From: an uncultured SAR86 cluster bacterium
GTDB lineage: Bacteria > Pseudomonadota > Gammaproteobacteria > Magnimaribacterales > D2472
NCBI GenBank assembly: GCA_902579825.1
Contig: CACHII010000001.1
Location: 76,832-140,831, forward strand
Direction of reading: 5' to 3'
Length of the DNA stretch: 64,000 nt
Positions within the stretch are counted from its first letter, which is position 1. The number at the start of each line of letters is the position of its first letter. A program made the position numbers and the translations under genes. The notes under the pieces were generated by a model. That model was not told where the DNA came from. It ran no database searches and saw only the letters and a list, made by a program, of their open reading frames with translations. Shown here piece after piece: positions 1 to 10,504 of this stretch.

Positions 1-1451
1 TGTCCAAATTTATCATATGGATCATCATATAGATTTATATATTCACCTAGTTCTTCGCTGTATAAACCCCAACCTTCAACAAATGCAGTGATACCCTGAT
101 ATTTTCTAAATGTTGGAACATTTTCTAATTCCTGAGCAAGTGATATTTGAAAATGATGACCTGGAACTGCCTCATGAACTGTTAAAACAGGTATTTCATA
201 TTTAGGCCTTGAATCAGGTTTATATAAATTTGCATAAAAATAGCCTGGTCTACCAGGACTAGGGCTATTGTAATAAGCTGTAGTTGTAAATGGTGCTGAC
301 TCTGCTGGAATTGGTATGACTCCATATGGAGCCCTTGGAAAAACATTAAATAATTTTGGTAATAACGGATCAATTGTTTTTGACATGATTAAATATGCAT
401 CAAAAAGATCATCTGGATTGTCATAATAAAATCTAGGACTAGTTCTTAAATAATTTAAAAATGATTCAAAATTGCCATCCCAATTAACAGAATCGATGAT
501 TTCTTCCATTTCAGCACGAATCCTTTGAATTTCTCTTAGACCAATGTCATGAATTTCATCAGGTGTAAGATCTGTCGTTGTATAGTGTTTAGCTAATTGT
601 TCGTAATATTTTTTACCATCAGGGATGTCTTTAATGCCAATGGTATCTCTTGAATTAACTAAATAATCATTTTTTAAGAAATTATTAAGTTTGATATATG
701 CTGGATTTATCTTATTAATAATTAATTCTTTTGCATCATTTATAAGTTCGAGTTTTTCATTTTGCGATAATAGAGTTTCGTCTGCATCAATAAAAACTTT
801 TAAATATGGATTTGAATTTATATCAGAGTTAATTATTGCATCAATCTGAGAAATAACTCCTTGAGTAACTAACTTTGGCTGAGTGTAACCATTTTGCAAT
901 CCTTGTTTATTAATCTCTAAAAAATTTAATATATTTTCAGAAAACTGATTTAGTCTGCTTAACCAATCGTAATAGTCTTTTTTAGATTGATATACCAGTC
1001 TATTTCCTGTTTCATAAAAACTCTGAATTCCACCACGTTGATTCAATCTTAGATAATATATAGGAAATTGACTAAGATTTAAGTCACTTTCAATGTCAAA
1101 TTTTTTTAGATTGTAATTAAGTTTATTGTCAGGATTGAGTTTATCAGAATCAATAGAATTAAGTTTTTTTAAAGATTCTAAATCTGAAAGTCTATCTTTT
1201 TCAAACTGATCTATCGTATTCGGATTAATCTTATCATTAAATCTTTTGTCTCCAGTATATGAAGCAAAAAGAGGATTATTAGTTAAAGTTTTTTCCCAAT
1301 CTGCTTCTAAAAAATCTGAAAATTTCTTATTCTCATCAACCTCTAAGGGTGATTCTTTTTCGTTTTCAACATTATTAGTTGTTACTTCAACAGACGCGCA
1401 AGAAGAAACAAACAATATACAGACAGTTAAAGAAAGTAAATATTTATTCAT
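1..1451 (-). CDS. DUF885-family lipoprotein (metallopeptidase-like); the 3' end runs off the left edge of the window
   Basis: It is absent from the ORF track because no in-frame stop lies in the window. Hand translation from ATG 1451..1449 gives MNKYLLSLTVCILFVSSCAS (signal peptide plus lipobox Cys). Further down the same frame reads ...TAYYNSPSPGRPGYFYANLY... and ...LTVHEAVPGHHFQISLAQE..., and HEAxPGHH is the signature I associate with DUF885. The ATG overlaps the TAA of ETF-QO (TAATG). Confidence 0.75.
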   Translation of the reverse strand, partial: MNKYLLSLTVCILFVSSCASVEVTTNNVENEKESPLEVDENKKFSDFLEADWEKTLTNNPLFASYTGDKRFNDKINPNTIDQFEKDRLSDLESLKKLNSIDSDKLNPDNKLNYNLKKFDIESDLNLSQFPIYYLRLNQRGGIQSFYETGNRLVYQSKKDYYDWLSRLNQFSENILNFLEINKQGLQNGYTQPKLVTQGVISQIDAIINSDINSNPYLKVFIDADETLLSQNEKLELINDAKELIINKINPAYIKLNNFLKNDYLVNSRDTIGIKDIPDGKKYYEQLAKHYTTTDLTPDEIHDIGLREIQRIRAEMEEIIDSVNWDGNFESFLNYLRTSPRFYYDNPDDLFDAYLIMSKTIDPLLPKLFNVFPRAPYGVIPIPAESAPFTTTAYYNSPSPGRPGYFYANLYKPDSRPKYEIPVLTVHEAVPGHHFQISLAQELENVPTFRKYQGITAFVEGWGLYSEELGEYINLYDDPYDKFG

Positions 1452-3076
1452 TACATATTAGGATAATTTGGACCACCAGGACCTTCAGGGCTTACCCAGT
1501 TAATATTTTGAGACGGATCCTTGATATCACAAGTTTTACAATGAACACAATTTTGTCCATTGATCACGAACTTGTGTTCATTGTTCTTCTCAACAATCTC
1601 ATATACGCCAGCAGGACAGTATCTTTGCGCAGGTTCATCATACATTGGTAAATTGATTGCTATAGGTATAGTTTGATCCTTTAATTGCAAGTGACATGGT
1701 TGATCTTCTTCATGATTTGTATTTGATAAATAAACAGACGATAGTTTATCAAAGGAAAAAACACCGTCAGGTTTTGGATAATTAATTTTTGGCATTTCAT
1801 CTGCTTTTTTTAAACATGCATGATCCGGTGTTGGGTGGTTAAGTGTGAATGGTAATTTTCCTCTGAATATAAATTGATCAATAGCATTAAAAGCCGCACC
1901 AATGAGAGCACCGAATTTGTGAAAAAAAGGTCCAAAATTTCTTGATTTGTAAAGTTCTTCATAAATCCAAGATTCTTTTATTCTTAAGTCAAAAGATTTA
2001 TCTGAGTTTCCTTGTAAGGACGCATAAATGTGTTTTCCAGCTATTTCGCCAGATTTCATAGCTGTGTGTGAACCTTTAATTTTTGAAAAAACAAGTGTAC
2101 CTGCGTTACAGCCTATTAATAGTCCACCTGGAAATTCCATTTTTGGGAGTGATTGCAAACCACCTTTAATCAAAGCACGAGCACCATATGACAATCTCTC
2201 ACCGCCTTCAAGATATTTTTTAATTGATTTGTGTGTTTTCCATTTTTGAAATTCATCAAATGGACTTAAATGAGGATTTTTATAATCTAACGGAATTACA
2301 TAACCAAGATATACCTCACTATTTTCACCATGATAAAGATAAGATCCAGATGGTGTATCAAATGCAGTTGGCCAGCCGTTTGTATGCATAACTAGACCTT
2401 CCTCATGAAGTTCTGGTTTTATTTTCCAAACTTCTTTAAAACCAATACCATAGTGCTGTGGATCTTTACCTTCAGCAAGATTAAATTTTTGAATCACCTG
2501 TTTACCTAAATGACCTCTGCAACCTTCACCAAGAATTGTATATTTAGCTCTTATTTCTATACCTGGTTCATGTCCAGGCTTAAGTTCTCCTGATTCTGAT
2601 ATGCCCATATCTCCTGTTTGTACACCAACAACTTTTTCATCTTCAATTAATATTTTACTTGCTGGAAAACCAGGAAATATTTCTACACCAATATTTTCTG
2701 CATACTCACCAAGCCATCTACAGAGGTTTCCTAAACTTATTACGTAGTTGCCATGATTATTCATAGGTGGCATAACAAAAGATGGTACTGGAAGTCCAAT
2801 GTTTTTAATTAAAAAAAGTAATTTATCTTTTTTAACCGGAGTATTTAATGGCGCGTCAAGATCTCTCCAATTAGGAATTAATTCGTCTAATGCGTTAGGT
2901 TGAAAGACGTTACCTGAGAGAATGTGAGCACCTATTTCAGAACCTTTCTCTAAAAGACAAATAGAATAGTCTGTATTATTTTTTATATTTAGTTGAGCAA
3001 ATTTAATAGCCGCAGCTAAACCCGATGGACCTCCACCAACAACTACGACGTCATATTCCATTACTTCTCTGTGCAT
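1451..3076 (-). CDS. Electron-transfer flavoprotein:ubiquinone oxidoreductase (ETF-QO)
   Basis: 541 aa. The N-terminus has the FAD fold VVVVGGGPSGLAAA and the C-terminus has a ferredoxin-like 4Fe-4S region (CPAGVY...NCVHCKTCDIKDP). It lies divergent from etfBA. The true start may be the MEYDVVVVGGG Met 5 codons downstream. Confidence 0.9.
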   Translation of the reverse strand: MHREVMEYDVVVVGGGPSGLAAAIKFAQLNIKNNTDYSICLLEKGSEIGAHILSGNVFQPNALDELIPNWRDLDAPLNTPVKKDKLLFLIKNIGLPVPSFVMPPMNNHGNYVISLGNLCRWLGEYAENIGVEIFPGFPASKILIEDEKVVGVQTGDMGISESGELKPGHEPGIEIRAKYTILGEGCRGHLGKQVIQKFNLAEGKDPQHYGIGFKEVWKIKPELHEEGLVMHTNGWPTAFDTPSGSYLYHGENSEVYLGYVIPLDYKNPHLSPFDEFQKWKTHKSIKKYLEGGERLSYGARALIKGGLQSLPKMEFPGGLLIGCNAGTLVFSKIKGSHTAMKSGEIAGKHIYASLQGNSDKSFDLRIKESWIYEELYKSRNFGPFFHKFGALIGAAFNAIDQFIFRGKLPFTLNHPTPDHACLKKADEMPKINYPKPDGVFSFDKLSSVYLSNTNHEEDQPCHLQLKDQTIPIAINLPMYDEPAQRYCPAGVYEIVEKNNEHKFVINGQNCVHCKTCDIKDPSQNINWVSPEGPGGPNYPNM

Positions 3077-3107
3077 AAGATATTTGTATTGTAATCGTAA
3101 TTAAAAA

Positions 3108-3133
3108 TACATTATAATTATACTACATTATAA
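3108..3133. repeat. 10-bp direct repeat TACATTATAA (3108-3117 and 3124-3133) in the ETF-QO/etfBA divergent promoter region
   Basis: Read directly from the sequence. The two copies are 16 bp apart centre to centre. It could be an operator or a chance match in AT-rich DNA. Confidence 0.2.
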
Positions 3134-3235
3134 GTTTTATTTATATTAAATGATCTTATAAATAAAATAAACTTATATTAAAAATTGCTATTAAAAAGTA
3201 CAATTTACTGTATAAAAAATTAATAAATATACAAT

Positions 3236-3988
3236 ATGAAAATTTTAGTCCCAATAAAAAGAGTTGTCGACTATAACGTAAAAGTAAGGCCACTTTCAGA
3301 TAATTCAAATGTTGATTTAAATAATGTAAAAATGGCAGTAAATCCATTTTGTGAAATTGCATTAGAAGAAGCAGTTAGATTAAAGGAAGCGGGCAATGCT
3401 ACAGAAGTAGTTGCTGTATCTGTTGGTAAGTCTGAATCACAGGAACAATTAAGGACTGCTTTAGCTTTAGGAGCTGATAGAGCAACCTTGGTTGAAACCG
3501 ATTCATTGCTAGAACCTTTAGCTATAGCAAAGGTTTTAAAAAAGCTTATTGATGACGAAAAACCTGATTTGATAATCCTTGGAAAACAGGCAATTGATGG
3601 TGATAATAATCAAACAGGACAAATGTTAGCTGCACTTCTTGATTACCCTCAAGCTACTAATGCATCAGAAGTAATTATAGAAAATTCATCAGTAAAAGTT
3701 ACTAGAGAAATTGATGGTGGATTACAAACACTTGAGTTAACAATTCCAGCAATCATTACTACTGATTTAAGACTTAATGAACCAAGATATGCATCATTGC
3801 CTAATATTATGAAAGCAAAAAAGAAAGAACTTAATGTAATATCTGCAAGTGAAATGGGTATTGATATTAATTCACGAATCGAATTACTTTCAGTAGAACT
3901 CCCACCTTCAAGAGAAGCAGGAATAATTGTTGAAACAGTAGATCAGTTAGTTGATAAATTAAAAAACGAAGCGAAGGTGATTCAATGA
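3236..3988 (+). CDS. etfB: Electron transfer flavoprotein beta subunit
   Basis: 250 aa. The [18 protein letters not shown] start and the length are typical of ETF-beta. It overlaps etfA by 4 nt. Confidence 0.92.
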   Translation: MKILVPIKRVVDYNVKVRPLSDNSNVDLNNVKMAVNPFCEIALEEAVRLKEAGNATEVVAVSVGKSESQEQLRTALALGADRATLVETDSLLEPLAIAKVLKKLIDDEKPDLIILGKQAIDGDNNQTGQMLAALLDYPQATNASEVIIENSSVKVTREIDGGLQTLELTIPAIITTDLRLNEPRYASLPNIMKAKKKELNVISASEMGIDINSRIELLSVELPPSREAGIIVETVDQLVDKLKNEAKVIQ

Positions 3989-4914
3989 GTATTTTAGTTA
4001 TAGCAGAACATGATAACAATAATCTTAAAGGTTCAACCCTAAATACTGTTAGTGCAGCATCTAATTTATCTGGTGATGTCACTCTTTTAATAGCAGGACT
4101 AAATATTGATAACGTAGTTGTAGAGGCGCAATCTCTTGATGGCGTATCAAAAATTTTAAAATGCGATAGTGAGACATATGCCAATTCTATCGCCGAAGAC
4201 TTATCATCATTGATTCTTTCAAATTCTGATGGTTTTAGCCATATACTTGCACCTGCAACTACTTTTGGTAAGAATCTTATGCCAAGAATTTCAGCAAAGT
4301 TAGATTCTCAACAGATCTCTGATATTATTTCTATTGAATCTGATGATACATTCAAGAGACCAATATATGCTGGAAGTTGTATAGCTACAGTAAAATCTAA
4401 TGATCCTGTAAAGGTAATTACTGTAAGGTCTACAGCTTTTGATCCTGTTACTAAAAATAATAACGATGTTGAGGTCGTTGAAATCAGTGATGCTGGTTCA
4501 TCAGGAATTAGTAAGTTTGTAGGTGAAGAACTTGCTCAAAGTGATAGACCTGAACTTACTGCTGCAAACATAGTTATATCAGGTGGACGTGGAATGCAAT
4601 CTGGTGATAATTTTCATTTATTAGATTCTATTGCAGATAAACTTGGTGCGGCTGTTGGAGCTTCAAGAGCAGCAGTAGATGCTGGTTTTGTTCCAAATGA
4701 CTATCAAGTTGGACAAACAGGTAAAATTGTAGCTCCTGATTTATACATTGCCGTAGGAATATCTGGAGCAATTCAACATCTTGCTGGAATGAAAGATTCA
4801 AAAGTTATTGTTGCAATAAATAAAGATGAAGATGCACCTATTTTTCAGGTAGCAGATTATGGACTTGTAGCTGACTTATTTACAGCTTTACCTGAACTAG
4901 ATTCAGCAATTTAA
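3985..4914 (+). CDS. etfA: Electron transfer flavoprotein alpha subunit
   Basis: 309 aa. The C-terminal FAD-binding signature is [37 protein letters not shown]. Confidence 0.92.
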   Translation: MSILVIAEHDNNNLKGSTLNTVSAASNLSGDVTLLIAGLNIDNVVVEAQSLDGVSKILKCDSETYANSIAEDLSSLILSNSDGFSHILAPATTFGKNLMPRISAKLDSQQISDIISIESDDTFKRPIYAGSCIATVKSNDPVKVITVRSTAFDPVTKNNNDVEVVEISDAGSSGISKFVGEELAQSDRPELTAANIVISGGRGMQSGDNFHLLDSIADKLGAAVGASRAAVDAGFVPNDYQVGQTGKIVAPDLYIAVGISGAIQHLAGMKDSKVIVAINKDEDAPIFQVADYGLVADLFTALPELDSAI

Positions 4915-4921
4915 ATATAAA

Positions 4922-5896
4922 TTGAAAAATATCTTTGTTAAAGAAAACGCCTTTAGCATAACGCTTATTGTAAGTATTTTATTTTTAATCATCTTTACTG
5001 TTCTTAACTATTTTCAGTTACTCCAATCTGTAACTAATGATAATTTAGCTATTATTGGTCAAGCCTCAAGATGGTGTGAAAGAGTTAGTGACGGTATTTT
5101 TAGAGAACCTGTTAATACATTAACAAATTTAGGTTTTATGATAGCTGGCCTATATATCTTATATAAATTAACTAATGAAACCTCATTTAATGAATTTTCA
5201 GGATTAAATAATATAACTATCCTCTATGGAGTAGCTGTTGTGTATTTAGGACCTGGTTCTATGATGATGCATGCTACAAACACTGAGTGGGGTGGCTGGG
5301 CAGACAATCTAAGTATGGTTATGTACATAATCATCCCATGGCTGTATAACTGTTACAAAATGTCTAATGCAAATCAATATACTTTTATAAAAGCATATTT
5401 AGCCATTGTAATTATTTACGCTATATTAAGATGGAAGTTCGGTTATGGTATGGGAATTGGTTTAGATCTATTTGCTGTCTCAATTGGTTTGTGGGTTATT
5501 AGCGAATTTTTATACAAATTCTGGTCTCCATCTATTAGATTTTTGTCAGGTTTTGTGGGTTTTTTAGTTTTAATGCTATTTGGGACTATGCCAAATGAGG
5601 TATTTTTAAACCTGAGTGACTACTGGTGGATAATTTTCTTTTGGTTACCAGGTTTATTAGCATCAAACAAGCCTACTGGTATGAGATCATATAGATGGTA
5701 TTTTGCTGGTATGGTAGCTTATATGGCTGCTTTTTATATCTGGTTACAGGGTAATGCAACTTTAAATCCCGATATTTTAACTAATGGTGTTTGTGATCCA
5801 GATTCTCTAATTCAGGCTCATGGAATATGGCATATATTAACTGCAATATCTACAATATTTTTCTTTTACCATTATAGGTCTGAGAAATTAGTCTAG
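4922..5896 (+). CDS. Alkaline ceramidase-family (CREST superfamily) integral membrane hydrolase
   Basis: 324 aa with a TTG start 8 nt after the etfA stop, and multi-pass hydrophobic. Motifs appear in the order seen in alkaline ceramidases: RWCE...EPVNTLTNL, then SMMMHAT, then a C-terminal QAHGIWHILTAIS (HxxWH). Confidence 0.65.
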   Translation: MKNIFVKENAFSITLIVSILFLIIFTVLNYFQLLQSVTNDNLAIIGQASRWCERVSDGIFREPVNTLTNLGFMIAGLYILYKLTNETSFNEFSGLNNITILYGVAVVYLGPGSMMMHATNTEWGGWADNLSMVMYIIIPWLYNCYKMSNANQYTFIKAYLAIVIIYAILRWKFGYGMGIGLDLFAVSIGLWVISEFLYKFWSPSIRFLSGFVGFLVLMLFGTMPNEVFLNLSDYWWIIFFWLPGLLASNKPTGMRSYRWYFAGMVAYMAAFYIWLQGNATLNPDILTNGVCDPDSLIQAHGIWHILTAISTIFFFYHYRSEKLV

Positions 5897-6997
5897 AATT
5901 TTTTCACAACCACTACTATTGATTAAATTTAGTGTTGTTTTTTTATCATCGGCTGATAACTTATTAAATTCATCTTTAATCCAATTAAGACATTTTACTT
6001 GATATGGAAATGTTTTTTGTTTCCAAATTTCACCATCTATCGATGTTTCCCAAACTTCATCACCGCTTTTATAAGCATTTGCATTAGCAATCAGACATGG
6101 TATGTATACTTTTCCAACTTCATTAAATATTTCAATTAATGAATTAGGAATATTATCTATATCAATCCACCCATAATTACGATCCTTAAAGTAGTTTAAT
6201 TTATTTTTATTATTTGCCTCTGCAGTTTTTACACCAAAAAATTCACCAATTTCTCCACTGTCATGTAAACCTGATAAATCTGACATTATATTTACCCACG
6301 ATACTGTTCTTGGTGATTGTTTATATGCGATATTTCTGGGTGTTGGATCAAATCCAACTAGTTGGGTAAGTTGACCATATAAACCAAAATCGGATGATGA
6401 GGGTCGCTGTCCAAACATAAAAGGTAAAAATTTAAGATGGTTTTCCATCAACGATAAATATCTTTTGTAGCTTTGATCAATGAGCTTTGCTGTATCATTA
6501 TTTGAACCAACAACCCATAACCTATTAATTTGTCTGTCTGCAATAATGTCACCAAATTGATTCATTGAGTCATCATCTATATCTATTTTATGCTGAAGAA
6601 CGAGCATTTTTTTTGCATTATCTGCATCTTCATTAAAATACCACCTGTAATGAAACATATATTTGGTTGTCCACTCATCTGCGAAATCTTCTAATAAGTA
6701 ATTAAGAAAACATAATATAGGTGAGGGGGGTATTACAGATTTTTCTTTATATAACTCTTCTAGATATCTTATTATTGGTGTTGTATCAGTTCTACAGACA
6801 TCTGAACCTTCATCATCTTTAAATACCATTGTAGGTAATAAAATAGGCTTGGGAGGTTCAATATCAAGAAAAGATAAATTCTGAACAACATCTCCCCATG
6901 AAACTGAATAAGGAATATTTCTATACCTCAGAAGAGATAGCATTTTTTGTGTATATGGAGATCCTACATTTCCAAATACTTTTATAGGATCTGTCAT
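5888..6997 (-). CDS. Glutathione S-transferase-like protein, long form with an extra C-terminal domain
   Basis: 369 aa. It has a thioredoxin-like GST_N start (VFGNVGSPYTQKMLSLLRYRNIPY) and a GST_C-like FMFGQRPSSSDFGLYGQL. About 130 further residues have no motif I recognise. Confidence 0.6.
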   Translation of the reverse strand: MTDPIKVFGNVGSPYTQKMLSLLRYRNIPYSVSWGDVVQNLSFLDIEPPKPILLPTMVFKDDEGSDVCRTDTTPIIRYLEELYKEKSVIPPSPILCFLNYLLEDFADEWTTKYMFHYRWYFNEDADNAKKMLVLQHKIDIDDDSMNQFGDIIADRQINRLWVVGSNNDTAKLIDQSYKRYLSLMENHLKFLPFMFGQRPSSSDFGLYGQLTQLVGFDPTPRNIAYKQSPRTVSWVNIMSDLSGLHDSGEIGEFFGVKTAEANNKNKLNYFKDRNYGWIDIDNIPNSLIEIFNEVGKVYIPCLIANANAYKSGDEVWETSIDGEIWKQKTFPYQVKCLNWIKDEFNKLSADDKKTTLNLINSSGCEKILD

Positions 6998-7003
6998 TAG
7001 ATT

Positions 7004-7639
7004 CTATCCTATGGGATTCCCAGCCTCATCACCAAGTTTAATTGCTTTTTGAAATGCTTCTCTACCTTCAATATTAGAAACATATTTTTTAACATTGGCC
7101 ATTTCATCATTTACACAACCCAATCTGTTTGCCATATAACAAGAATGTCCTAACATACAATCAGCTGCTGAAAATTCACCAATCAGGTAATCCTTACCAT
7201 CTAAAAAATCATTTACTGGAGATAATGATTTTGTAAGTAAATTTTTAGCTTGATTCAAAACTGTTTCATCTCTTCTATCAGGTGGTAGCAATACTGTTTG
7301 AACTACAATTTGATTCATTGGAGGCATCACCATTCCCTCACAGAAATGAAACCATTGAAGATAATATGGATATTCATCAGAATTTATATCAGGTTTGAGT
7401 CTACCGTTACCATATCTATCAAGTATGTATTGAATAATAGCTCCAGATTCAAATATTGAAATATCCCCATCTTCTATAACTGGGACTCTACCTAAAGCAT
7501 GCCTGGATCTGTGTTTTGGAGATTTTAGGCCTTCTTTTGTAAAAGGTAGCACTTCCAAGTCATATTCAATTTTAAGCTCTTCGAGAAGCCATGCAACACG
7601 ACCAGCTCTTGTTCCTGGTGTTAAATATAGTTTTATCAT
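7004..7639 (-). CDS. Glutathione S-transferase
   Basis: 211 aa. The GST N-domain motif is [23 protein letters not shown], and a helical C-domain follows. Confidence 0.8.
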   Translation of the reverse strand: MIKLYLTPGTRAGRVAWLLEELKIEYDLEVLPFTKEGLKSPKHRSRHALGRVPVIEDGDISIFESGAIIQYILDRYGNGRLKPDINSDEYPYYLQWFHFCEGMVMPPMNQIVVQTVLLPPDRRDETVLNQAKNLLTKSLSPVNDFLDGKDYLIGEFSAADCMLGHSCYMANRLGCVNDEMANVKKYVSNIEGREAFQKAIKLGDEAGNPIG

Positions 7640-7648
7640 AGTTACTCC

Positions 7649-8335
7649 TTATTTTTTTACCATTTTTTGCGCGTTTTTAATAAATTCTTTTGTTTTTTCC
7701 TCATCATTGAGATTTTTATCTATTTTAATTTCAATTGGTACTTTTATACCTTTAAGCATCCCAGGCTGCTCATACATGGCATTCTTCCATCTCTCCAAGT
7801 TCTCTAATCCATTAGTTGAAACACCAGACCATTTGTGTGTTCTTACCCAACACCAATTTGCTATATCAGCAATTGAATATTCATGTGCAAGCCATTCATT
7901 ATCTTTTAGATGTGTATCAAGTACTTCAAATAACCTTCTTGATTCATTTTGATATCTATCAATAGCAGGTTGTATTTTTTCAGGAAAATACCTAAAAAAT
8001 ACATTTGCCTGTCCCATCATCGGACCAACTCCACCCATTTGAAACATGAGCCATTCCAAAACTTTTGCTCTTTTTTTAGGATTTGTTGAAATCAATTTAT
8101 TTGCTTTATCAGCCAAGTAAATCATTATTGCTCCAGATTCAAAAATAGAGAGATTATTTGATGTATCCACAATTGCAGGAATTCTTCCATTAGGACTAAT
8201 TTTTAAAAAATCAGGTTTCTTTTGTTCACCCTCAGAAAGTTTAACAAGTATTGCTTTATAGTCCATGCCCAATGCTTCGAGTGTGCATGAAACTTTGTGA
8301 CCGTTTGGAGTTGGCGCTGTATATAATTCAATCAT
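7649..8335 (-). CDS. Nu-class (YfcG/YghU-like) glutathione S-transferase / GSH-dependent disulfide reductase
   Basis: 228 aa. [26 protein letters not shown]...[12 protein letters not shown] closely parallels the N-terminus of E. coli YfcG as I recall it. Confidence 0.75.
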   Translation of the reverse strand: MIELYTAPTPNGHKVSCTLEALGMDYKAILVKLSEGEQKKPDFLKISPNGRIPAIVDTSNNLSIFESGAIMIYLADKANKLISTNPKKRAKVLEWLMFQMGGVGPMMGQANVFFRYFPEKIQPAIDRYQNESRRLFEVLDTHLKDNEWLAHEYSIADIANWCWVRTHKWSGVSTNGLENLERWKNAMYEQPGMLKGIKVPIEIKIDKNLNDEEKTKEFIKNAQKMVKK

Positions 8336-8338
8336 TTT

Positions 8339-9400
8339 TTAATCCTTTATAAAATCAATTAATACTTTAGATAATTCTTTTGGTTTAGTCCATTGAAAAA
8401 AATGGCCACCACCAATATTTTTAGCTTTTATAGCATTCGGTACCATTCTCAATACATCCTTTTCCATATCATTAGTTACAGGATCATTGCCAGCAAAAAC
8501 AGATAAAAATGGTTTATTAGTTTTATTATAAAATTCTCTTGCTTTTTTTTGAGCATCTAAAGATTTATCCGGAATTATTGGTACATGACTCGGCATAGCC
8601 CTACACCCCATTTTATATTTAGGAGATGGGAAAGGGGCCTCATATGCTTTCATTAAATCACTCATAAAGGGTGATATTTTAGATAATCCTAATTTATGAA
8701 AAAAATAATGATTTCTAATTTGATTGTTTTGTTTTTTTTCCATCATTGCTGAATTTAATAAACCAACAGGAAGATTTTTCGTATCCCAACAAAATTTTTG
8801 CCAATACATAAATTTTAATGCGGGATGTGTTTTACCAGAATCCATCTTCCTTACTTCTTTTGACATATTTAACGGAGTAAGTTTTATATTTGATTTTCTG
8901 AATTTATACACTTCATCAATCACAGCCTTTGGAGTATTTGGCATATAGGGTAATCCGGTATTACCCATAGATATTTTTGTAAATCTATCTGGGTTATCAA
9001 CAATCATTCTTAGACCTATTAATCCACCCCAATCTTGACCAAAAAATATTAAATCATTTAAATTATTCTTTACTAACCATTGATTCATCCAATCAACTTG
9101 ATTCTGGTAACTATAATCATTTCTTGAGGCTGGTTTATCTGACTTACCATATCCAACTAAATCGGGTGCAATTACTCTTATTCCAGAATCATTAAGGATA
9201 GGTATCATTTTAGAGTATAAATAACTCCAAACTGGTTGACCATGCATTGCTAACAAAATTGGACCATCAGATGGACCTTCATCGATATGATGTATTCTTA
9301 TTTCAGTTCCATTATCTGTAAAAATATCTGTGTATATTGGATCGAATGGGTATCCTTTAATATTTGCGAAATACTTATCAGGAGTTCTCAGTACCTTCAT
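8339..9400 (-). CDS. Haloalkane dehalogenase-like alpha/beta hydrolase (DhlA type)
   Basis: 353 aa. RTPDKYF, HGQPVWSYLYSKMIP, IAPDLVGYGKSDKP, FGQDWGG (nucleophile Asp plus halide-binding Trp) and C-terminal GGGHFFQ parallel Xanthobacter DhlA from memory. The central cap region appears about 40 aa longer. Confidence 0.65.
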   Translation of the reverse strand: MKVLRTPDKYFANIKGYPFDPIYTDIFTDNGTEIRIHHIDEGPSDGPILLAMHGQPVWSYLYSKMIPILNDSGIRVIAPDLVGYGKSDKPASRNDYSYQNQVDWMNQWLVKNNLNDLIFFGQDWGGLIGLRMIVDNPDRFTKISMGNTGLPYMPNTPKAVIDEVYKFRKSNIKLTPLNMSKEVRKMDSGKTHPALKFMYWQKFCWDTKNLPVGLLNSAMMEKKQNNQIRNHYFFHKLGLSKISPFMSDLMKAYEAPFPSPKYKMGCRAMPSHVPIIPDKSLDAQKKAREFYNKTNKPFLSVFAGNDPVTNDMEKDVLRMVPNAIKAKNIGGGHFFQWTKPKELSKVLIDFIKD

Positions 9401-10044
9401 TAAAAATCTTTAATTACTCCATCCTTTATTAATTCTTTAATTAATTCTTCAAATGGATCGTCCTGTCCAAAATAATACTTTCCTTTATATACATTTAAAG
9501 GAACTCCATGATGTCCAGCTTCTTTTTGATCTAATTGATTCATTTCAATTTCTTCAATTAAACTTATTTCATTTGATTTAATTGACTCTCTAACTTCGCC
9601 TAAATCCTCACCAAATTCAGCAAACAATGGCTCTAATAAATCATCATTATTCCAATTTTTTACATTCCATATTAATTTGGATAATTCATAAGCAAATTCT
9701 ATGCCTTTACCTCTATTGCACATAAGTTGACCCATATGGCATATATCAAAAATATAAGGTTGATGATCTGAAATCTTACCAGTAATGGTATTTTGTTTTA
9801 TTGGATCTGGCTTTGGAGGTAAATTTAATGACATATTTAACTTTTTAGCCTTTTTTTTAGCATCATTTTTTAGTGATACAAAATAGATAATATTTTTATT
9901 TTTAAAAAATTCAGGCAATCTAATAGCAATTGGATAAACAATTTTAAAATTTACATCAATATTGTGTTCATTTTTTAGCTTTAACATTCTTGGTAATATT
10001 AAATATGAATATGGACTTCGATATGAAAAATATAAATCAATCAT
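9400..10044 (-). CDS. DsbA-fold 2-hydroxychromene-2-carboxylate isomerase / kappa-class GST family protein
   Basis: 214 aa. The MIDLYFSYRSPYSYL start is typical of the HCCA isomerase/DsbA-like family. Its stop overlaps the start of the next gene by 1 nt. Confidence 0.65.
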   Translation of the reverse strand: MIDLYFSYRSPYSYLILPRMLKLKNEHNIDVNFKIVYPIAIRLPEFFKNKNIIYFVSLKNDAKKKAKKLNMSLNLPPKPDPIKQNTITGKISDHQPYIFDICHMGQLMCNRGKGIEFAYELSKLIWNVKNWNNDDLLEPLFAEFGEDLGEVRESIKSNEISLIEEIEMNQLDQKEAGHHGVPLNVYKGKYYFGQDDPFEELIKELIKDGVIKDF

Positions 10045-10045
10045 G

Positions 10046-10504
10046 TCACGCTCTCCCTTTTTTTAATGACAAATAAAACATTAACATAAAGTATATTAGT
10101 AATGGTGAATTACCAATCACACCAGGAGGCGTATTAATATAATACTCCTCTGTTAAAGGATGAAGTAAACCTGAAATTAGTCTAAAGCAATGATCTAATA
10201 GACATATCATATATATTAATGGAACTAGGTTTTTATATTTAATAAATAAAATTAATAAAATTATTGTTAATGATACTTGTGTTGCTCCCCAAAGCGATGC
10301 AAATAAATAAACTAGGTTATTTGGATTTATAGTATCTATAATTGGTAGTTCTTTTATTGTTGCAATTCCGATAAGACCACTATTTTCTGAGAGAAAATGT
10401 ACAAGTGATCTAAATATATATAAAGCAAAAACGGGATAAAGACCATATATTGCTATTTTTGAACCTTTGTAATCATTATTTAGTTTATTAGGTAATAATG
10501 TCAT
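10046..10504 (-). CDS. Small integral membrane protein of unknown function (about 4 TM)
   Basis: 152 aa and strongly hydrophobic, with no motif I recognise. Its start overlaps the upstream MBL gene as TAATG. Confidence 0.55.
   Translation of the reverse strand: MTLLPNKLNNDYKGSKIAIYGLYPVFALYIFRSLVHFLSENSGLIGIATIKELPIIDTINPNNLVYLFASLWGATQVSLTIILLILFIKYKNLVPLIYMICLLDHCFRLISGLLHPLTEEYYINTPPGVIGNSPLLIYFMLMFYLSLKKGRA

Noticed and set aside
1246-1651. Plus-strand ORFs of 71 and 90 aa span the DUF885/ETF-QO junction. The 63-aa minus ORF at 182-373 was considered here too.
   Set aside because: All overlap the open DUF885 or ETF-QO frames in other phases. The real gene at 1-1451 was missing from the track only because its stop lies outside the window.
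3867-4184. A 105-aa minus ORF lies across the etfB/etfA junction. Similar antisense ORFs occur in other core genes (2028-2249, 7707-7952, 8724-8948, 11037-11476, 20334-20579, 22408-23028, 33344-33571, 39266-39622, 52996-54158, 57896-59085, 61522-61924, 62127-62318).
   Set aside because: Each is nested antisense or out of phase in a gene with strong family motifs. None has independent support.
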